Source: a virus
Lineage: Duplodnaviria; Heunggongvirae; Uroviricota; Caudoviricetes
Strand: one strand, 5' to 3'
Length of the DNA stretch: 31,378 bases
Virus record (IMG/VR): IMGVR_UViG_2667527976_000002
Below the pieces are notes generated by a model, which worked only from the letters and a program-made list of their open reading frames with translations, was not told where the DNA came from and ran no database searches. The position numbers and the translations under genes are program-made. Shown one piece after another: positions 1-6,544 of the stretch (position 1 is its first letter; every line of letters begins with the position of its first letter).

Positions 1-160
1 TTTTTGATGATCGCGTCACCAAACTCGCTGAACATTTCAGCAGTTTAGCGCCTTCCATCAGACGTTCGAAGTCATAGGTTACAGTCTTGGCGTTGATCGC
101 GCCTTCCATACCTTTAACAATCAGGTCTGCGGCTTCAGTCCAGCCCATATGGCGCAGCAG
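1..160 (-). pseudogene. icd: Orphan 3' fragment of the isocitrate dehydrogenase gene (last ~53 codons); prophage attachment-site remnant
   Basis: Reverse-complement translation reads [44 protein letters not shown]..., matching the Icd C-terminal region. Similarity stops abruptly near 158 where AT-rich DNA begins, and no icd body follows. An apparent 2-nt insertion near 26-27 breaks the frame before the expected EFGDAII end (judged against my recollection of E. coli Icd). Confidence 0.6.
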
Positions 161-640
161 TATATAAAAACATTAAGTTTAAGTCATTGATATTTAATAA
201 TAAAAATTATTTTATTGTTTTTTTATTAGCCAAAATCAACTTTATTCAACCATTTGATTTCATTGACGTTCGTTTTTATTTTGGGGAAAGGTTTTATCTA
301 CCATTTATATCAAAATTACAAGTCTACATTTTATTAACATCTCAATACATGTGAGGCCTTGCAGACCTTTGCGAGAGCTTATGTGTCTCAGTTTTGTCCC
401 ACCTTTTATTACGACTTGCATAGCCAATGAAGATAAATGTAGTTAATGCCTGTTATGAGCGAGGAGTGGACGTAAAAGAATTTTTAAAAATTTAAGGCTT
501 ACTAAGGTAACAAGTATCAGAGAATCTCATGAACCTATTGCTGCGTCCTAGCAGAACGAAATTTCTCTCTACTTAATACTAAAATTGTTTTATATTTTTC
601 GTAGTCTTTTGTCACTAAGTTTGTTCGTACTTGATATAAT
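161..640. other. AT-rich non-coding region next to the att junction (possible attP arm remnant)
   Basis: No ORF of 60 aa or more on either strand; strongly AT-rich with A/T runs, adjacent to the end of icd homology. Assignment as an integrase/IHF-binding arm is inference only. Confidence 0.3.
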
Positions 641-642
641 TT

Positions 643-972
643 TTAAAAATGGCTTTCGAAATCTCGTTCGAATGTAGTAGGACTTACAACCAAATCATGT
701 ACAGCGTCAACTAAATGCTGTGCTAATGAATATTTGAATTGGAGTGACTGCAAGTTTTCTTTATTGATTAATTTATATTTATCAGGGTCCACAGTATTTC
801 CTTCATTATTGAAGGGATAGATCCATTGTCCATGTGCTAGCTTGTTTCGTATTTCTATCAGGATTCGTAGCTCATTCGACAAAACATCATGTAATGCTGC
901 TCTTCGTGCGGCATGTGCTATCCCAAGAGTCCTTTCATCCAGCAGGAAACAAACTAATCCCTGTTTTGGGCC
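643..972 (-). pseudogene. Truncated Abi-like protein fragment with HEPN-type Rx4HG motif
   Basis: Open frame without an ATG runs 972 to 643 (the track ORF begins at a TTG at 880-882). Translation contains ILIEIRNKLAHGQW, which fits the Rx4-6H HEPN motif common in abortive-infection proteins. The frame is closed by a stop at 973-975 immediately next to the sit promoter, so the N-terminal part is missing. Confidence 0.35.
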
Positions 973-980
973 TCAAAGAT

Positions 981-999
981 GTTAATGATAATCATTTTC
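981..999 (+). promoter_or_regulatory. Fur box upstream of sitA
   Basis: gttaatgataatcattttc matches the 19-bp Fur consensus GATAATGATAATCATTATC at 17 of 19 positions, about 80-95 nt upstream of the sitA start. Confidence 0.6.
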
Positions 1000-1021
1000 A
1001 TTCTGTATAGGTTATGCTATA

Positions 1022-1043
1022 AAACATAGCCGTTGCTATGTTT
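1022..1043 (+). promoter_or_regulatory. MntR operator upstream of sitA
   Basis: Perfect inverted repeat aaacatagc-cgtt-gctatgttt, the same palindrome type as the MntR site of mntH (AAACATAGC...GCTATGTTT), about 33 nt upstream of the sitA ATG. Confidence 0.6.
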
Positions 1044-1075
1044 GTTCTAATTTTGCTCACTATAGGTACTAAATT

Positions 1076-1990
1076 ATGCGCTCAATAAAAAAAGTAACCA
1101 TGCTCTTGGGGGGCCTCGCACTCACCTGCTCGATCGCATTTCAGGCAAGTGCAACTGAAAAATTCAAGGTCATTACAACATTTACCATCATCGCAGATAT
1201 GGCCAAAAACGTGGCTGGAGATGCTGCAGAAGTCTCATCCATAACCAAGCCCGGTGCAGAAATTCATGAGTATCAGCCTACCCCTGGCGATATTAAACGT
1301 GCGCAGGGGGCACAACTGATTCTCGCCAATGGTATGAATCTGGAATTGTGGTTCCAACGCTTTTACCAGCATCTTAATGGGGTTCCAGAAGTAATTGTCT
1401 CTTCGGGTGTGACGCCAGTAGGGATCACTGAAGGCCCCTATGAGGGCAAACCTAACCCCCATGCCTGGATGTCGCCAGATAATGCTCTGATTTACGTCGA
1501 TAATATTCGTGATGCGTTGATAAAATACGATCCGGCAAATGCACAAACCTACCAACGTAATGCCGATACTTATAAAGCCAAGATTACCCAAACCCTTGCC
1601 CCCCTGCGTAAGCAGATTGCTGAACTCCCTGAGAATCAGCGATGGATGGTCACCAGTGAAGGGGCTTTTTCTTATCTCGCACGCGATTTGGGGCTAAAAG
1701 AGCTTTATCTGTGGCCGATTAATGCCGATCAACAAGGCACGCCGCAGCAGGTACGTAAGGTTGTTGATATGGTGAAGAAAAATCATATCCCGGCAGTCTT
1801 TAGCGAGAGTACGATTTCCGATAAACCAGCGCGTCAGGTTGCGCGTGAAACCGGCGCGCACTACGGCGGTGTACTCTATGTCGATTCCCTGAGCACAGAA
1901 AACGGCCCGGTACCTACGTATATCGACCTTCTGAAGGTTACTACCAGTACGCTGGTACAGGGAATTAAAGCCGGGAAAAGGGAGAAATAA
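1076..1990 (+). CDS. sitA: Periplasmic Mn/Fe-binding protein of ABC transporter (cluster A-I / TroA-like), SitA
   Basis: 304-aa ORF with signal peptide ([26 protein letters not shown]); ATG start at 1076; stop overlaps the sitB start. Confidence 0.9.
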   Translation: MRSIKKVTMLLGGLALTCSIAFQASATEKFKVITTFTIIADMAKNVAGDAAEVSSITKPGAEIHEYQPTPGDIKRAQGAQLILANGMNLELWFQRFYQHLNGVPEVIVSSGVTPVGITEGPYEGKPNPHAWMSPDNALIYVDNIRDALIKYDPANAQTYQRNADTYKAKITQTLAPLRKQIAELPENQRWMVTSEGAFSYLARDLGLKELYLWPINADQQGTPQQVRKVVDMVKKNHIPAVFSESTISDKPARQVARETGAHYGGVLYVDSLSTENGPVPTYIDLLKVTTSTLVQGIKAGKREK

Positions 1991-2817
1991 TGATGCAATC
2001 TGCGGGCATTGTCGTTAATGATGTTACTGTCACCTGGCGTAACGGGCACACAGCACTGCGCGATGCATCCTTCACAGTACCAAGTGGATCTATTGCCGCT
2101 CTGGTTGGGGTAAACGGTTCCGGAAAATCGACGTTGTTTAAAGCGATTATGGGATTTGTGCGTCTGACCAGCGGAAAGATATCTGTTCTGGGTATTCCCA
2201 CGCGACAGGCGCTACAGAAAAACCTGGTTGCCTACGTCCCTCAGTCAGAAGAGGTTGACTGGTCATTTCCTGTACTAGTGGAAGATGTGGTGATGATGGG
2301 CCGCTATGGGCACATGGGTATGTTGCGTATAGCCAAAAAGAGGGATCGTCAGATTGTCACCGATGCGCTGGAACGTGTCGATATGGTGGATTTTCGCCAT
2401 CGACAAATCGGCGAGCTTTCCGGTGGACAAAAGAAACGCGTCTTTCTGGCGAGAGCGATTGCACAGCAGGGTGATGTGATCCTGCTGGATGAACCTTTTA
2501 CCGGCGTTGATGTGAAAACCGAAGCGAAAATCATCAGCCTGTTGAGGGAGTTACGCGCGGAAGGCAAGACGATGCTTGTCTCAACGCACAATCTCGGCTC
2601 AGTCACGACATTTTGCGATTATACGGTCATGGTCAAAGGCACCGTCCTGGCAAGCGGGCCGACAGACACCACTTTTACAGCCGAGAACCTGGAGCTGGCT
2701 TTTAGCGGCGTACTGCGCCATGTCACACTTAACGGCTCGGAAGAAAGCATTATTACTGACGATGAACACCCTTTTGTGGCACATCGACCGTCAGCGGTGC
2801 AGGGGGAAGCAAGATGA
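1990..2817 (+). CDS. sitB: ABC transporter ATP-binding protein SitB
   Basis: 275 aa; Walker [13 protein letters not shown] signature LSGGQKKR, Walker B ILLDEP; start overlaps sitA stop (translational coupling). Confidence 0.9.
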   Translation: MMQSAGIVVNDVTVTWRNGHTALRDASFTVPSGSIAALVGVNGSGKSTLFKAIMGFVRLTSGKISVLGIPTRQALQKNLVAYVPQSEEVDWSFPVLVEDVVMMGRYGHMGMLRIAKKRDRQIVTDALERVDMVDFRHRQIGELSGGQKKRVFLARAIAQQGDVILLDEPFTGVDVKTEAKIISLLRELRAEGKTMLVSTHNLGSVTTFCDYTVMVKGTVLASGPTDTTFTAENLELAFSGVLRHVTLNGSEESIITDDEHPFVAHRPSAVQGEAR

Positions 2818-3671
2818 ACGTGCTACTGGAACCCTTCAGCTATGAATATATGCTCAATGCGATGTGGGTCTCGGCGATGGTCGGCGGTCTCTGCGCTTTC
2901 CTGTCATGCTATCTGATGCTAAAAGGCTGGTCGCTGATTGGCGATGCGCTGTCGCACTCTATTGTCCCAGGTGTTGCGGGGGCATATATGCTGGGGCTTC
3001 CGTTTTCTCTGGGAGCCTTCTTTTCCGGCGGACTGGCAGCGGGCAGCATGCTGTTTCTTAACCAACGCACTCGCTTAAAAGAAGATGCCATCATCGGCCT
3101 GATCTTCTCCTCCTTTTTTGGCCTGGGGCTGTTTATGGTGTCATTGAACCCGACATCCGTGAACATTCAGACCATCGTCCTGGGCAATATTCTGGCAATC
3201 GATCCGGCGGATATCCTGCAACTCACTATCATTGGCATTCTCTCGATCATCGTGCTTTTTTTCAAATGGAAAGATCTTATGGTGACCTTTTTCGACGAGA
3301 ATCACGCTCGTGCTATTGGATTGCATCCGGGCAGATTAAAAATCCTCTTCTTCACCCTGCTGTCGGTTTCGACCGTTGCGGCGCTGCAAACGGTTGGTGC
3401 CTTTCTGGTGATCTGTCTGGTGGTGACTCCCGGTGCAACAGCATGGTTGTTAACCGATCGTTTTCCCCGCCTGCTCATAATTGCTGTAACTATTGGCAGT
3501 GTAACCAGTTTCCTCGGCGCGTGGGTCAGTTACTTTCTGGACGGCGCGACAGGTGGAATCATCGTGGTGGCGCAGACACTGCTGTTTCTTTTAGCATTTG
3601 TATTTGCGCCCACCCATGGGCTTTTGGCAAATCGTCGGCGTGCGCATAAAGCGCTGGAGGATCGCTCATGA
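2814..3671 (+). CDS. sitC: ABC transporter permease SitC
   Basis: 285-aa polytopic hydrophobic protein; start overlaps sitB stop by 4 nt. Confidence 0.9.
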   Translation: MNVLLEPFSYEYMLNAMWVSAMVGGLCAFLSCYLMLKGWSLIGDALSHSIVPGVAGAYMLGLPFSLGAFFSGGLAAGSMLFLNQRTRLKEDAIIGLIFSSFFGLGLFMVSLNPTSVNIQTIVLGNILAIDPADILQLTIIGILSIIVLFFKWKDLMVTFFDENHARAIGLHPGRLKILFFTLLSVSTVAALQTVGAFLVICLVVTPGATAWLLTDRFPRLLIIAVTIGSVTSFLGAWVSYFLDGATGGIIVVAQTLLFLLAFVFAPTHGLLANRRRAHKALEDRS

Positions 3672-4525
3672 TGGCATTATTACTGGAGCCACTGCAGTTC
3701 ACCTTTATGAGTCACGCACTGCTGATTTCACTGGTAGTTTCCATACCCTGTGCGCTGCTGTCGGTCTTTCTGGTCCTGAAAGGTTGGGCACTGATGGGTG
3801 ACGCGATGAGTCATGCGGTTTTTCCTGGCATCGTGCTTGCCTGGATTCTGGGGTTACCTCTGGCTACAGGGGCATTCGTCGCCGGAGTATTCTGCGCGGT
3901 GGCGACGGGATACCTGAAAGACAACAGCCGAATCAAGCAAGATACAGTGATGGGGATTGTTTTTTCTGGCATGTTTGCCGCAGGTCTGATCTTGTATATT
4001 GCAGTCAAACCAGACGTACATCTTGACCATATTCTTTTCGGCGACATGCTCGGGGTAACCATCGGCGATATAATCCAGACGGTGATTATTGCCGGGCTGG
4101 TTACACTTGTTATTAGCGTAAAATGGCGGGATTTTTTGCTGTTCAGCTTTGATTATCAACAGGCGCAGGTAAGCGGTTTGCATACGAGATGTCTGCATTA
4201 TGGGCTGCTGTGCATGGTCTCTCTGACCATTGTGGCGACGCTGAAAGCGGTAGGTATCATTCTCTCCATTTCTCTGCTCATTGCGCCTGGCGCCATTGCG
4301 GTACTCCTGACACAACGCTTTCATATTGCGCTCCTACTGGCGATTGGCATATCGGTAATAGTGTCAATGACTGGTGTCTGGTTGTCCTTTTTTATCGACA
4401 GTGCACCAGCTCCGACGATTGTCGTCTTATTCGCGGTTGTGTTCATCATGACGTTCACCGTTACCAGCATCAACGCACGCACAAAGGGAAACACCCATAC
4501 ACAGGATTTGTCATCACCCAATTAG
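3668..4525 (+). CDS. sitD: ABC transporter permease SitD
   Basis: 285-aa hydrophobic paralogue of SitC; ATGATG start overlaps sitC stop. Confidence 0.9.
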   Translation: MMALLLEPLQFTFMSHALLISLVVSIPCALLSVFLVLKGWALMGDAMSHAVFPGIVLAWILGLPLATGAFVAGVFCAVATGYLKDNSRIKQDTVMGIVFSGMFAAGLILYIAVKPDVHLDHILFGDMLGVTIGDIIQTVIIAGLVTLVISVKWRDFLLFSFDYQQAQVSGLHTRCLHYGLLCMVSLTIVATLKAVGIILSISLLIAPGAIAVLLTQRFHIALLLAIGISVIVSMTGVWLSFFIDSAPAPTIVVLFAVVFIMTFTVTSINARTKGNTHTQDLSSPN

Positions 4526-4689
4526 CACAACATCCGAGGGCAGCATCGTCCGCTGGCCCACAGAAGTCCGGAAAGTCATGGAAGGTCGTTGTTGGGAGGA
4601 GGTACAAATTCTCTCATGCAAAAAATACGTAAAATCGATAATAGCTGGAAATAATTCAATACATGCACTCTCGAAAGTGCATCAGCCAA

Positions 4690-4723
4690 CCGCAGAACGT
4701 TATTGCATACAACGTTTCTGCGG
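4690..4723. repeat. Imperfect palindrome (12/13-bp arms, 9-nt loop) in the sitD to tail-fibre spacer
   Basis: ccgcagaacgtt-attgcatac-aacgtttctgcgg; a second shorter palindrome atgcact-ctcgaa-agtgcat lies at 4663-4682. Neither is followed by a T-run on either strand. Confidence 0.4.
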
Positions 4724-4876
4724 CATAATCCCAATGATTACTCCCTGACAGGGTTCGTAGGCCACTCAATATCAGGTGCAGTTGATGTATCAACACGGTT
4801 CAGCAGCATCCGATACTTTTTCCAGGCTTCCAGCAACGGGGTTTCTTCCTCCGTTGCATATACAGCTCACCTTTTT

Positions 4877-5176
4877 TCACCCACGATTAACCAACAGCCA
4901 GACCAGCAGACACGCCACCACCGGCACAGCAAAATCCATCAGGCTTGCCACATCCCATGCACGTGTATCAAAACCGCCCCACCACGGCATATTCATTCGC
5001 TTGCCATGCCCGAACATTTCGATCCAGCGATATTCTGCCTGGGTGTGTTCACGCGCAATGAAGAACGTACAACCGGCTATCGCCCCGTAAGCCCAGTTCC
5101 CGGTAAAAAGACCAATCAGTAGCTGCGCAGCCACAGCACAAAGCGCATGAAGGAAAGGTGTTATATCCATTTTCAT
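4877..5176 (-). CDS. Hypothetical small membrane protein (about 97-99 aa, three hydrophobic segments)
   Basis: Track ORF 4877-5185 begins at a TTG. In-frame ATGs at 5174-5176 and 5168-5170 (the latter with AGGA 6 nt upstream) are more plausible starts. The product MKMDITPFLHALCAVAAQLLIGLF... is hydrophobic. Function not recognised. Confidence 0.35.
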   Translation of the reverse strand: MKMDITPFLHALCAVAAQLLIGLFTGNWAYGAIAGCTFFIAREHTQAEYRWIEMFGHGKRMNMPWWGGFDTRAWDVASLMDFAVPVVACLLVWLLVNRG

Positions 5177-5185
5177 CCTACCCAA

Positions 5186-5207
5186 TAAAACGGGGCGCTC
5201 GGCCCCT
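5186..5207 (-). terminator. Candidate rho-independent terminator after the tail-fibre operon
   Basis: Minus-strand hairpin ggggc-cgagc-gcccc (5192-5206) followed by guuuuauu; located 6 nt downstream of the stop of the 346-aa gene. Confidence 0.4.
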
Positions 5208-5212
5208 TAATA

Positions 5213-6253
5213 TTATTTAGACGCAAGCGCCGCCTCAATTGCAGATAATCTTTGTCTTAATTCTGCGTTTTCTTCTTCCAGTGCTGTTATTCTGTCGTCT
5301 GACTCTCTGGCTACCTGAACAAGCAAGCCAGTAACACCAGAATAATCTACTGTGTAATAACGTTCACCTTCTTCACCTTCCGATCCGCTCGCACCGTCCT
5401 GATATTTCATTGCGGAACCTACAACTTCTGGGATTGCTTCCAGAGCTTCCTGTGCAATGACACCAGCATAGGGCATACCGTTTTCTTTAAGCGTGTATGT
5501 ATAGCCGTTCATTTTACGGATGCGGTCGGTTGCATTATCGATCACCTGAATGTTGTCTTTCAGATCCCGGTCGGAATGCTGGTTAAATGCGGTGGCATGA
5601 CATGCACCATTAACGCTTAACATATAGGTGTTATCGGTATTTTTCTGCGCATAGAACATATAAGCGCCACCATCAACACCGACTTCATAAACAACAGGAC
5701 GGCTGGAGTTGCCCCACAATTGAGCAGTAACACCAGCATAAGCGGTTCCCTGTGTGTTTAATGTCATGGTTGACCCATGATTGGCATATTTGATCTGTAA
5801 TGTGTCGGTGTAATCAAATTTAATAAGCGCGTTACTTCCACGCTTGCTGTATGACATAAGGCAGTTACCCATTTTGAGGTATCCGCTGTCACCGGGAAAA
5901 ATCATCGTACCGCCATAAAGGTTGGTAAAGTCCCAGCAAATGTTTGTCCCGTTATCGTTCAGGTTAAGGCGCGCCATTGCGTTACCTGGACTGTCTATCC
6001 ATTTTTTGAGGTATAGTTCGCAATACGCATCCTCAACACCTGCCGTCCTGTGAGTTGAGCGGAGTTTTCTCCCAAATATAGCTCCGCTAGTTGGCAATAC
6101 CTGCTGATACCATGAAGCAGACCAGTCACCAACGATTTCATCTTTGCTGTCTACATATAATTTTGTTGCGTAGCTTCCTTGATCGTTTTTTAATTTGCTA
6201 ACGTCGGATTTTAGCGTTTTGATGTCATCAGGAATTACTGTCGATGTAGCCAT
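5213..6253 (-). CDS. Tail fibre / tailspike-like protein with C-terminal peptidase-S74-type intramolecular chaperone domain
   Basis: 346 aa, ATG at 6251-6253. The C-terminal ~110 aa (HSDRDLKDNIQVIDNATDRIRKMNGYTYTLKENGMPYAGVIAQEALEAIPEVV ... ITALEEENAELRQRLSAIEAALASK) has the hallmark motifs of the autoproteolytic chaperone of endosialidase-type fibres (SDxxLKxNI, GxIAQE, terminal coiled coil). Confidence 0.7.
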   Translation of the reverse strand: MATSTVIPDDIKTLKSDVSKLKNDQGSYATKLYVDSKDEIVGDWSASWYQQVLPTSGAIFGRKLRSTHRTAGVEDAYCELYLKKWIDSPGNAMARLNLNDNGTNICWDFTNLYGGTMIFPGDSGYLKMGNCLMSYSKRGSNALIKFDYTDTLQIKYANHGSTMTLNTQGTAYAGVTAQLWGNSSRPVVYEVGVDGGAYMFYAQKNTDNTYMLSVNGACHATAFNQHSDRDLKDNIQVIDNATDRIRKMNGYTYTLKENGMPYAGVIAQEALEAIPEVVGSAMKYQDGASGSEGEEGERYYTVDYSGVTGLLVQVARESDDRITALEEENAELRQRLSAIEAALASK

Positions 6254-6262
6254 TTTTCTTCC

Positions 6263-6544
6263 TCACATCCAGCCACGAAGTTGATGCTCAACAGCAACCA
6301 CGTATTCATCGAATAATGACGATATTTGCGAATCATTAATGATGCGCACGTTTACAAAATATCCGTCTTCCTTAACACATACCGGTTCGCCATCTTCAGT
6401 CAGTTCTCCGGTTTCTTTGTACACGTTACCTATCACGTCGATAAGAATATCATCCTGCATCGACTCGTCATCATAATAGCCAATACTCTCCATAAAGGCC
6501 GAAAAGTCGGCCCTGTCTTCAAATTTGAGTGTTAAATCTTTCAT
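6263..6544 (-). CDS. Hypothetical small acidic protein (93 aa) encoded between the two fibre genes
   Basis: ATG at 6542-6544 overlaps the stf stop (TAATG); its stop lies 10 nt before the next gene; Asp/Glu-rich. Function not recognised. Confidence 0.55.
   Translation of the reverse strand: MKDLTLKFEDRADFSAFMESIGYYDDESMQDDILIDVIGNVYKETGELTEDGEPVCVKEDGYFVNVRIINDSQISSLFDEYVVAVEHQLRGWM

Noticed and set aside
161-640. Search for an integrase, excisionase or tRNA gene at the att junction
   Set aside because: No ORF of 60 aa or more and no tRNA-like cloverleaf seen; in lambda-like prophages the integrase lies at the opposite end from the tail genes, which is outside this window.
1235-1591. 118-aa minus-strand ORF inside sitA
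   Set aside because: Lies entirely within, and antisense to, the well-supported sitA frame.
4703-5122. 139-aa and 104-aa plus-strand ORFs in the sitD-fibre spacer
   Set aside because: They overlap, antisense, the more plausible minus-strand membrane protein ORF and have no start context or recognisable features.
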